From positions 3,658,001-3,722,000 of the forward strand of contig UYFQ01000001.1 of assembly GCA_900617105.1 (NCBI GenBank): 64,000 bases of DNA, given 5' to 3'. Both the position numbers and the translations under genes were made by a program. A model generated the notes under the pieces. The model made no database searches. It was given only the letters and a program-made list of their open reading frames with translations, and was not told the origin of the DNA. The stretch is from Hydrurus foetidus (taxonomy: Eukaryota). Of the stretch, positions 30,093-38,617 are shown piece after piece (position 1 is the stretch's first letter; the number at the start of each line of letters is the position of its first letter).

Positions 30093-32156
30093 TCAAGGTA
30101 ACGTGCGATCAGGCTCGGGCTGGCTGGCGTCGCGTGGTGCGACGGTGCCAAGCCTGGCTTTGAGTGATTGCGGCTGGCCGGTCAAAATCGCGGCGTAATT
30201 GGTGGTGTTTGATAGCACTTTTTTAACGTAGTCTCTGGTCTCGGCGAAGGGCACGCTCTCGGCCCATACTGCGGCGTCTACCGTTGGGCTGCCGGGCTGG
30301 CCGCGCCAGGTTCGCGGGCGGCCGGGTCCGGCGTTGTAAGCTGCGGCGGCCAGCGCCATTGAGCCTTGCAAATCATCCAGCACCATTTTCAAATAGCCCG
30401 TGCCAATGGCAATGTTGGTGTCGCGGTCGGTGATCTGGTCTGCCGCAAAACCTGTCATGCCCAAGCGCCGCGCAGTCTCTCGGGCGGTGGCGGGCATGAC
30501 CTGCATCAGGCCCGACGCGCCCACGCCTGAGCGTGCGTCCATGATGAAGCGGCTTTCTTGCCTGATCAAACCGTAAACATAGGCCGGGTCAAGGCTGATG
30601 CTTTGCGCGCGCTTGATCACCGCATCGCGAAACGGCATGGGAAAGCGCTGCGCGAAATCTACTTCGCCCTTGGTTCGCTCGCTGGTGTTGATGCAGCGGT
30701 CCCAGATTTGTTTGTCGCACGCAAATTGCGCAGCTGCAAACAGCTCGCGGTCGGTCATGCCGCCAGGCTTGGCCAAATTGGTGGCGTAGTTCCATTCACG
30801 TACGCCTTCGGGCCGCAGACCGATCGCTATCGCGTAAGCAGCTCGGTTCAGCCCGGGGTTTTGGCGGGCAGCTTCTTTTTCTTCAGCGCTTGGGGCGGCG
30901 GGCTTGGGCGGAACAGTGATTTTTTGGCCCAGCTCTTCAAGTGCCAATTGCTCATAAAACCCGCGCACCGACGCAATGGATTGGTACAGCGCCAGCATTT
31001 CTGCGCGCTGCGGGCTGGTGGGCTCGGCAGGGGCAGAAGCTGCTGCCGCCGTGGTCGCAATGCTGATGGGCAAGCCGGCGCTGATCGCCTTAGCTTTCCA
31101 GTACACCCAAGTTGGCTCCAGTCGGCCCTCGGGGCTCATGGCGTTGATGGCGCTCAGCACGTCTTTGTAGCGCGGCTGGCGGGCTACACGCAACGCGGCG
31201 CGCGCTTTCCAGGCCAGCATGTCGTCTGTCAGGTCGGTTTCTTTGGTGACTTTGCCGTAGTAGGCCAGTGCCTCGGTGGCGGGCACTGTGCCCAGGCGGA
31301 CGGCAGTTTGTTTGCCAATCAGGCCCCACACCCAATTGCGTTCTTCAGTGGTTAATTGACTGCCCCATTTCGCGTCCATCATGGCGGCCGCGCTTTCTGC
31401 ACCCGACTGGTCGGCGCTGGCCATTTTGACCAGCGCCAGTGTGATCAGCTCTTTGCGGGTGCCGCGAATAGCAACGTTCTTCTCGGTCAAAAATTTGGCG
31501 GGGCTGTCGATCAGCTCGTTAACCAGGCCAACGGATTCAGGCGACACGATGGCTACCGCTTCCCGCGCTGCGCGGGGCCGATTGCCTTCAAGTGCCAGCC
31601 GCGCTTTTTGCCACACGTCTTGTGCGTTCAGGTTTTTGGTGCCTACCAGGCGCTCAGCTGCGCTGCGGCAGCCGTCGTCTGCATCGCGCTGGGCATACCA
31701 ATTTTTACGAACCTCGTCTGACAAGCGGGCATCTTGTGCCGGGTTTTTTAAATGCTCGACCAGCAGCGCGTAGCAGCGCACTTCTTTGTCGTCGTTCATG
31801 CGGTAATTGGGGTGCTCTTGCGCAAAGGCAGCCCAGTCGCGGCGCTGGCCGAGCAGCAGCAGCCAGTCGTTGCGCAGGCGGTCTTCCACATAAGTGCCGG
31901 GGTAGGCGCTATAAAACGCCTGCACTTCCTGGCCAGAAGCTTCTGGCAAGCGCGCTTTCAGTTCCCAATACGCGGCGTAACCTTCAAGCGCGTGGCCTCT
32001 GGCTTGGGGCAATAAAGAGGTGAGTTTTTTCTTGTCGCCACGTTTAAAAGCCTGATTCATTTCGACAATCAGCGCGTCGCCAGTCTGCGATTGCACAGCG
32101 GCTGGCCACGCGAAAAACGGAACGACCAGTGCAGTTAGAAAAATTTTAGATAGCAT
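30093..32156 (-). CDS. slt: Soluble lytic murein transglycosylase
   Basis: Signal peptide MLSKIF..., IRQESRF, GLMQVMP, AYNAGPG, ETRDYV. Confidence 0.93.
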   Translation of the reverse strand: MLSKIFLTALVVPFFAWPAAVQSQTGDALIVEMNQAFKRGDKKKLTSLLPQARGHALEGYAAYWELKARLPEASGQEVQAFYSAYPGTYVEDRLRNDWLLLLGQRRDWAAFAQEHPNYRMNDDKEVRCYALLVEHLKNPAQDARLSDEVRKNWYAQRDADDGCRSAAERLVGTKNLNAQDVWQKARLALEGNRPRAAREAVAIVSPESVGLVNELIDSPAKFLTEKNVAIRGTRKELITLALVKMASADQSGAESAAAMMDAKWGSQLTTEERNWVWGLIGKQTAVRLGTVPATEALAYYGKVTKETDLTDDMLAWKARAALRVARQPRYKDVLSAINAMSPEGRLEPTWVYWKAKAISAGLPISIATTAAAASAPAEPTSPQRAEMLALYQSIASVRGFYEQLALEELGQKITVPPKPAAPSAEEKEAARQNPGLNRAAYAIAIGLRPEGVREWNYATNLAKPGGMTDRELFAAAQFACDKQIWDRCINTSERTKGEVDFAQRFPMPFRDAVIKRAQSISLDPAYVYGLIRQESRFIMDARSGVGASGLMQVMPATARETARRLGMTGFAADQITDRDTNIAIGTGYLKMVLDDLQGSMALAAAAYNAGPGRPRTWRGQPGSPTVDAAVWAESVPFAETRDYVKKVLSNTTNYAAILTGQPQSLKARLGTVAPRDASQPEPDRTLP

Positions 32157-32165
32157 CGAGTCATT

Positions 32166-32738
32166 ATGGACAAAATAAATACCCGCAAAGCCTTGGTTGA
32201 ACAACGCCTGAACCTGCCCGACCGTTTGGAGCGCGCTGACATGCTGCAGCGCGTTATGCGCATCTGGTTGTTCAGCCGCCCCGAGGTGGTGATTGGTGCG
32301 TATTGGCCCATCAAAGGCGAGTTTGACCCGCTGCCCGCCCTGCATCGCTGGAAGGAAGACGGCGAACTGCTCGACTCCCCCCAATTGCGGCGCATTGGCC
32401 TGCCGGTGGTCGATAAGGTGCATAAAACCTTGAAATTTCACGCCTGGTACCCCGGCTGCCCGATGGAAGAAGACGCCTACGGCATACCCAAACCCAAAGA
32501 CACCGAAGTAATCGTGCCCACGCTGCTGTTTGTGCCCTGCGTAGGCTATGGGCCAGGCGGCTTCAGGCTGGGCTATGGCGGTGGGTTTTATGACCGCACG
32601 CTGGCGGCACTTTTGCCTAAGCCGTTTACTGTTGGGCTGGGCTACACCAACGGCTGGTTGCCTGATATGGAGCCCGAGCCGCATGATGTGCCGCTGGATG
32701 CTTTGCTTAATGACAATGGGGTGGTTTGGCCTGTTTAG
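32166..32738 (+). CDS. ygfA: 5-formyltetrahydrofolate cyclo-ligase
   Basis: RLGYGGGFYDR and HDVPLD motifs. Confidence 0.9.
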   Translation: MDKINTRKALVEQRLNLPDRLERADMLQRVMRIWLFSRPEVVIGAYWPIKGEFDPLPALHRWKEDGELLDSPQLRRIGLPVVDKVHKTLKFHAWYPGCPMEEDAYGIPKPKDTEVIVPTLLFVPCVGYGPGGFRLGYGGGFYDRTLAALLPKPFTVGLGYTNGWLPDMEPEPHDVPLDALLNDNGVVWPV

Positions 32739-32804
32739 CAAGCTATAGGATCGCTCGCGGTTCTGATGTAACACGTACAATGCGTTGCATTACAAACAGA
32801 CCGA

Positions 32805-33086
32805 ATGCCGACCATGCCGACATCTGCACACCCCACGCCTGCTCCTTCGTCACAAACACGCACGATCAACGTTCGAATTCCCATCAGCGTGTTTAACCAA
32901 CTGGACGAACTCGCCACAGCCACAGCCAGAACAAAAAGTTTCGTCACCGTAGAAGCTCTGTCGAGCTATCTTGAAGCACAAGCCTGGCAAGTCAAAGAGG
33001 TGCAGGATGCCATCCTAGAGGCAAACAGCGGCGACTTTGCGAGTGAAGAGCAAGTCAACGCTGTCTTTGCAAAATATGGCGCTTAG
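32805..33086 (+). CDS. RHH/CopG-type antitoxin
   Basis: INVRIP..LDELA..RTKS; upstream of RelE/ParE toxin. Confidence 0.8.
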   Translation: MPTMPTSAHPTPAPSSQTRTINVRIPISVFNQLDELATATARTKSFVTVEALSSYLEAQAWQVKEVQDAILEANSGDFASEEQVNAVFAKYGA

Positions 33087-33088
33087 AA

Positions 33089-33364
33089 ATGACGCTTCGA
33101 TTACGCTGGACGAATCGCGCACTTGGTCGCCTCGATATGATTGCCGCCTACGTTGCCAAAGACAGTCCGACACGGGCAAAAACTTTCACGCAAGAGCTTC
33201 GCAAAAAAGTGGACATTTTGAAGTCGCAACAAATAGGGACGGCGTGGAAAGTCTTCGGAACCAAGCAGTACTTACTTCACCCAAATTACATTGCCATTCA
33301 CAAAGTCAAAGACGGTGAAGTACAGATATTGACGATCTTGCATTCTGCGCAGGAGCAGCGATGA
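33089..33364 (+). CDS. RelE/ParE family toxin
   Basis: LRWTNRALGRL...NYIAIH...VQILTILHSAQ. Confidence 0.8.
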   Translation: MTLRLRWTNRALGRLDMIAAYVAKDSPTRAKTFTQELRKKVDILKSQQIGTAWKVFGTKQYLLHPNYIAIHKVKDGEVQILTILHSAQEQR

Positions 33365-33582
33365 AATGAATATCTAGGTAAGGAGCTGAAAGCACTAAAG
33401 TCGCTGCACTAACCTCGCGTACTCCCCCCAAAAGTATGGTTTATCGATGATTGCAACCAGTTATTTAAGGGGACGAAGCTCTATACAAAGTTTGTTGTCG
33501 TTGCCTCAGTAGGAAATGGGAGGTCTGATCCCAAAGTCTTGCTCTGACTAACAGTGCCTCACACGAAAGGTTTTGCTCACCT

Positions 33583-34635
33583 ATGAAATCCCTTGTATTG
33601 ATTCTCGGCGCGGGCGCGAGCAAAGAAGTCAACCTGCCCATAGGAACGGAGCTCAAGTCTGAAATAAGTCGTTTGCTTGATATTCGATTCCAACATGGTT
33701 TTCGGCAAGAAAGTGGTGACGACCAAATCACTAATGCGCTGCGCTTTATCGCGTCAAAAGACAAAGAGCAGGCAGAACAAATCAACCCTTTTCTGCACAT
33801 GTGTTGGCGCATCCGCGATGCGATGCCACAAGCAATATCCATCGACAACTTCATTGACAGTCACGCTGACGAGCCAAAGATCGCCTTGTGCGGCAAGCTG
33901 GCAATCGCTCGCGCCATATTGGCCGCAGAAGGTAGGAGTGCCCTCGCCATCAATCCAAACAACATCAACAATAAGCTTAACTTTACTAAGTGCACGACAA
34001 CTTGGTTTAACGCCTTTTTTCAGCTGCTGACAGAAAATTGCCGAATTGAGGATTTGCCCGCACGTCTTAAAAGCATTGCAATTGTGACTTTCAACTATGA
34101 CCGCTGCGTTGAACACTTCATGTTCAACGCAATCCAGAACTACTATAGCGTAAATGCAGAAAAAGCCGCCGAGCTCCTTACAAACCTAGAGATCCATCAC
34201 CCCTACGGAATGGTTGGAGGCCTCCTATGGATGAGACGCAATAGTTCAATAGGGTTTGGCGCTGAAGCTCATGTCGCTGACTTGGTAACCGTCTCGCAGC
34301 AACTTAGGACGTTCACCGAAGGGACCGACCCAGTGGTCAGCGACATCAATCAAATTCGCTCAACCGTCGCCGATGCTAAAAGGCTCGCTTTCTTGGGATT
34401 TGCATTCCATCGTTTGAATATGGAACTACTGTTTGACAGTAAATCGTTGCCGAAAAAGAGGACGACTCAAGGCGTCTTTGGAAGCGCATTAGGCATATCT
34501 GCCAGCGACTGCACTGTGATTACAAACGAACTCTCAGCACACACTGGCCTGGTAAGTGGCTCAATACAACTCCGAAATGATTTGACCTGCGCGGCCCTCG
34601 TTCAAGAATACTGGCGTAGCCTATCGCTGGTTTAG
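33583..34635 (+). CDS. SIR2-like / AbiH-like protein, candidate defence NADase
   Basis: LILGAGAS, IVTFNYD, HPYG, FLGFAF motifs; atypical codon usage. Confidence 0.7.
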   Translation: MKSLVLILGAGASKEVNLPIGTELKSEISRLLDIRFQHGFRQESGDDQITNALRFIASKDKEQAEQINPFLHMCWRIRDAMPQAISIDNFIDSHADEPKIALCGKLAIARAILAAEGRSALAINPNNINNKLNFTKCTTTWFNAFFQLLTENCRIEDLPARLKSIAIVTFNYDRCVEHFMFNAIQNYYSVNAEKAAELLTNLEIHHPYGMVGGLLWMRRNSSIGFGAEAHVADLVTVSQQLRTFTEGTDPVVSDINQIRSTVADAKRLAFLGFAFHRLNMELLFDSKSLPKKRTTQGVFGSALGISASDCTVITNELSAHTGLVSGSIQLRNDLTCAALVQEYWRSLSLV

Positions 34636-34766
34636 CAGCTCTTGCTACGAGTGGAATTTCTCACTGACCATTGGCCGAGACTTCTCTAATTACATTCGCG
34701 CTGCCTACGCGATAGTTTGTTTGAACACTACATTGAGCTAATTGACAGTAACTGGCAGTCTGGCCC

Positions 34767-35740
34767 TTAATCCCGTCCATCCACCGTATCCGCATCAGCC
34801 ACATCCCCAATAGCCTGACGCGTCAGCAGCGCCTGGCCGTGCAGCCAGTCGCAAAACGCTTTGACCTCTGGCCGTGCCGCGTTACGGGGGCCGATGATTA
34901 GCCAGTAGACCAGCGGTGAATCAAGCCGCAGCTTGGGAAATGGCTCTACCAGGTCACCCGACGCCAACGCGTCTGCCACCAGTGGCGTGCGGGCCAGCGC
35001 GGCGCCTTGGCCGGTCAGTGCTGCTTGGGCGATTTGGTTGGCGTAGTTCAAATACAGCCAGCGTTTGGGCTCAAAACGTTTTAGGGATTGAGCATCAAAC
35101 CAGCGCTGCCAGGTGAGTATTTCAAGGTGCTGGCTGCGGTGTGCGTCGCCAGCTTCAATCAAAGCGAACTGGGCCAGGTCTTGCGGGGTTCTCAGGCGCG
35201 TGGCGGTTTTTAAAAGCCACGGGCTGATAACAGGCGTGAGCTGCTCGCCAAACAGGCGCTGCGCCCCCGCCGGAACATTGCCGGGCACGCTGTAGCGCAG
35301 GGCCAAATCAACGTCGGTGGTGTCCAGGTCAACTGCTGCGTCTGTGGCATCAATACGAATGTCAATATCGGGGTGCTGGCGCTGAAAAGCCTCTAGCCGG
35401 GGAATGAGCCACATCGACGCAAACGACGCCCAAGTGCTGATCGCCACACTCTTGCGCCCGGCGCTTTGGCGAATCAGCCGCACGGCAGCGTCCATGCGCT
35501 CCAGCGCGGGCAGCACGGCGCGCCCGCGCCCGTCAGCTCCACCGCCCGGGTGTGGCGCAAAAATAAACTCACGCCCACGTTGTCTTCAAGCGCCTGAATT
35601 TGCCGGCTGACGGCCGACTGCGTCAGCGCCATTTCTTCAGACGCCGCGCGAAAGTTCAGGTGCCGCGCCACTGCTTCAAAAGCGCGCAGCTGGCCAGCGG
35701 CAATCGGCCGTGAACGGGCATGAGACAAAGCATTCAGCAT
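34767..35740 (-). pseudogene. Frameshifted LysR (GcvA-like) regulator
   Basis: HTH (LRAFEAVARHLNF...TQSAVSRQI) in 35474-35740 and substrate-binding domain in another frame (34767-35516); junction ~35517-35522. Confidence 0.8.
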
Positions 35741-35764
35741 AAAAATTAAACCCGCCAGTAAAAG

Positions 35765-35789
35765 TTGATTAATGCGTTTTATGAATCAA
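35765..35789. promoter_or_regulatory. Putative LysR binding site
   Basis: TTGATT...AATCAA dyad between divergent LysR and DUF2917-like gene. Confidence 0.5.
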
Positions 35790-35877
35790 TAGCGTAGCTC
35801 GTTTTCATTGGACTGCCAAGCAGCAAAGCGCGATTATTCAGGCGTGACAAATTTTTAGTGTTTTAAAGGAGCACAGC

Positions 35878-36366
35878 ATGAACCTTTACTTTCCAGCCCA
35901 GCTACCGGCCAACGACGCTGCTCACCAAAGCGGCAATTGGCTTTTACAAACCGGCCGCGCCATTTCGTTGATGCCAGCTGCGGGCGGGCAATTGACTGTG
36001 GCGAGCGGCCAGTTGTGGGCCACGGTGGGGGAGGGCGGCCCCGCGCTGCGCCGCAACGCCCGTCTGGCGCGCTGCGCCACACTGCAAGACCACTTTTTAA
36101 ACGCGGGCGACACCCTGCTGGTGCCGCCCGGCGCGCGGCTGGTGATTGAAAGCATGGGGCGCGCGCAGGCGATGCCTGCCGCGTTTGCCTGGAGCCTGTT
36201 GCCACAACTTGCCGTGCAAACAACCCGCCCGCGACGGGCAGGCGTGGTGCAGGCCGCCGGCGAGGTTGTGCAGGCGCTGGGGCAAGTGGCGCACGCCCTG
36301 CGCCGCCTGATGGACGCGGTGCTGGCCGGGCCAGGGCGTGGCCAGCCAGCTGAGACCTGTGTGTGA
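35878..36366 (+). CDS. DUF2917-like protein
   Basis: LTVASGQLWAT...DHFLNAGD; AAGGAG RBS; divergent from LysR. Confidence 0.7.
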   Translation: MNLYFPAQLPANDAAHQSGNWLLQTGRAISLMPAAGGQLTVASGQLWATVGEGGPALRRNARLARCATLQDHFLNAGDTLLVPPGARLVIESMGRAQAMPAAFAWSLLPQLAVQTTRPRRAGVVQAAGEVVQALGQVAHALRRLMDAVLAGPGRGQPAETCV

Positions 36367-36408
36367 GCGGTTGGCGGTTATTTGGAGTCCGGCGCAGACA
36401 GTTTTATT

Positions 36409-36456
36409 GCTATAAAAACAGAAGCTGTTACTGGCCTTTTTTATGCGGCTAGAAGG
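36409..36456 (+). repeat. Degenerate 48-bp dyad element copy, intergenic
   Basis: GCTA-taaaaacag-AAGC-tgttact-GGCC-ttttttatg-CGGC-tagaagg. Confidence 0.65.
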
Positions 36457-36644
36457 GGTTTTTAGGTAGATTTAGAGCAAAAACCAGCGTTTTTGAGACC
36501 GTTCGCCGGGCGTTATAACGGGGCGCGGTTGGGTTCTAGAAAGATTGACGTCTGCGTAACCAATTCCGCTTCGGTAAACTAAATGCTGGCGAGTCCGATC
36601 AAGACGGCAGCCACTCACACAGCCATTTGTTCAGGAAATTCGCC

Positions 36645-37643
36645 ATGTCTACCGCGCCCAAAGCCTTCGCCTCTCAAGCCGATCTTGAAGACAAAAAAAT
36701 CACCTTTGAGCAACTAAGCGCGCATTGCTGGGCCTACACGGCAGAAGGTGACCCGAATTCTGGCGTGATTATTGGCGAAAAATTCATCATGGTCAGTGAC
36801 GCCACCGCCACGCCGGTGATGGCGCAAGACCTGATCGAACGGATTCGCAGCATCAGTGACAAACCTATCAAATATGTGCTGCTGACTCACTACCACGCCG
36901 TTCGCGTGCTGGGCGCCAGCGCCTACATTGCCGAAGGTGCTACTGAAGTGATAGCTAGCCAGGGCACGTACGAGCTGATTGTTGAGCGTGGTGCCCAAGA
37001 CATGCAAAGCGAAATGGAGCGTTTTCCGCGCCTGTTCCGCAACTCTGAAAGCGTGCCCGGCCTGACCTGGCCCACGATGGTGATCAGCGGCGGCGACCCG
37101 ACCAAAGGCGAAGCCCCGGGCAAGTTAACCATTGACTTGGGCGGCGTTAAAGTGCAAATCTGGCACCCCGGTCCTGGCCACACGCGCGGTGACACCATCG
37201 CTTGGGTTGAAGAAGAAAAAGTTTTGTTTTCAGGCGACCTGGTGGAGTACGAAGCCGGCGTGTACACCGGCGACGCACAGCTTGAAGAATGGCCCGACAC
37301 ACTGGAAAAGTTGCGCGAATTAGAAGCCGAAGCCATTGTTCCCGGCCGCGGTGAGGCCATGAAAGGCGCTGACAACGTGCACAAAGCGCTCGACTACACC
37401 CAGTGCTGGGTGCAAACGCTGTACAAGGCGGGCAAAGAAGCGGCTGCCGAAGGCATGGACTTGAAAGCCGCGATGGCGCACACCCGCCAGTCAATGGACC
37501 CGATTTTTGGCCACGTGTTTATTTACGAGCACTGCCTGCCGTTTGACGTGAGCCGCGCATTTGACGAAGCCAGCGGCATTAAAAACCCGCGCATCTGGAC
37601 GGCTGAGCGCGACAAAGAGATGTGGAGCGCGCTTCAGGCTTGA
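36645..37643 (+). CDS. MBL-fold metallo-hydrolase
   Basis: THYHAVR, GHTRGD, SGDL, PGRG (atypical metal ligands). Confidence 0.8.
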   Translation: MSTAPKAFASQADLEDKKITFEQLSAHCWAYTAEGDPNSGVIIGEKFIMVSDATATPVMAQDLIERIRSISDKPIKYVLLTHYHAVRVLGASAYIAEGATEVIASQGTYELIVERGAQDMQSEMERFPRLFRNSESVPGLTWPTMVISGGDPTKGEAPGKLTIDLGGVKVQIWHPGPGHTRGDTIAWVEEEKVLFSGDLVEYEAGVYTGDAQLEEWPDTLEKLRELEAEAIVPGRGEAMKGADNVHKALDYTQCWVQTLYKAGKEAAAEGMDLKAAMAHTRQSMDPIFGHVFIYEHCLPFDVSRAFDEASGIKNPRIWTAERDKEMWSALQA

Positions 37644-37710
37644 AGGGCGCTTCGGGTCTTCGCTTCAAGTTTGAAGGGCGCTTCGGGTCTTCGCTTCAAG
37701 TTTGAAGCGC
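37631..37710. repeat. 31-bp tandem repeat with palindromic core
   Basis: TTGAAGGGCGCTTCGGGTCTTCGCTTCAAGT exactly twice (37640-37670, 37671-37701) plus partial flanks. Confidence 0.9.
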
Positions 37711-37735
37711 AAGTGTGTAGCGCGGTACGCAGCGC

Positions 37736-38617
37736 CTACTTCTTGCCCACCAGCACCTTGAAGTCTTGCTCATAACCCGCCAACACCTCAACCGCTTTTT
37801 TGCGCTGTTCGGCAGAAGTGGCGTTGTGCAGCTCGGCAAAACTGGCGCAACCTTCTTGTGTGATGGTTTCCAGGTAAGTTTTGTAAGCGGCGTCGGGCGA
37901 GGCGATTGACCTGGCCAACAAGCTGCGTACTTCTCCTTGCGTCGTAGCCGCGTCTTGCGGGCTGGCAATGACTTTGCCCAGCGTTTGCACAATGTCTTTT
38001 TGGCGGCGCTGTCGTTCAGCGTAGCTTTGCGCGGCTTTAAATTGCGACTTTTCAATCTGCTGCGCAATCAGGCTGCGCTGCTTGTCGGTCACGCTGCCGT
38101 ACAACATGTCAGCGCGCTTAATCGCGCTTTTTTGCCGCTTTTCAAACAGGTCTTTGGCGCTGCCTTCCAGGTAGTCTTCTCGCCAAGTGGTGTTGCCCTT
38201 GGCAAATTTGCGTTCCATCACCGTGAGCTGTTTGGCGCTTAAGGTGGCGGCCACGCTAAGAGTGGCGGGCTCGGCGTAGTCGGTTAGCGCCAGCGCTTTT
38301 TGGCGCACGTCAGCAAACACATCGCAGGCCTGCACGGCGGTGATGTCTTGCGGCATTTTTTGCTGAATTTTTTGCAGCAAATCAATGTAGCCTGGCAACT
38401 GGGTTTGGCGGTGCCACGCCATGAACTTGGTCAAATCGGTTCGTACTTGCAGGCTTTGCACCTCATTGAAGTCGGCGTAGCCGTCCAGGTACAAATAAGC
38501 CAGCTGGGGTGCCTGGTTGTACGCAATTTTCACGGCGCTGCACGCCTGCAGCAGGGCGGCTGCAGCCAGCAGGCTGATAATTCCGCACAGCCTTAAAAAA
38601 TTCACAGGAAATTTCAT
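37736..38617 (-). CDS. Lipoprotein (DUF6279-like)
   Basis: Lipobox LQAC-S, KIAYN, WHRQTQLP. Confidence 0.7.
   Translation of the reverse strand: MKFPVNFLRLCGIISLLAAAALLQACSAVKIAYNQAPQLAYLYLDGYADFNEVQSLQVRTDLTKFMAWHRQTQLPGYIDLLQKIQQKMPQDITAVQACDVFADVRQKALALTDYAEPATLSVAATLSAKQLTVMERKFAKGNTTWREDYLEGSAKDLFEKRQKSAIKRADMLYGSVTDKQRSLIAQQIEKSQFKAAQSYAERQRRQKDIVQTLGKVIASPQDAATTQGEVRSLLARSIASPDAAYKTYLETITQEGCASFAELHNATSAEQRKKAVEVLAGYEQDFKVLVGKK

Noticed and set aside
32157..32780. 208-aa N-terminal extension of Slt in the 895-aa ORF; 6S RNA upstream of ygfA
   Set aside because: The extension is antisense to ygfA and the signal peptide starts at 32156; only 9 bp are intergenic, leaving no room for a standalone 6S gene.
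37631..37710. Possible mini-CRISPR array
   Set aside because: Units are contiguous and identical with no unique spacers; no cas genes in the window.
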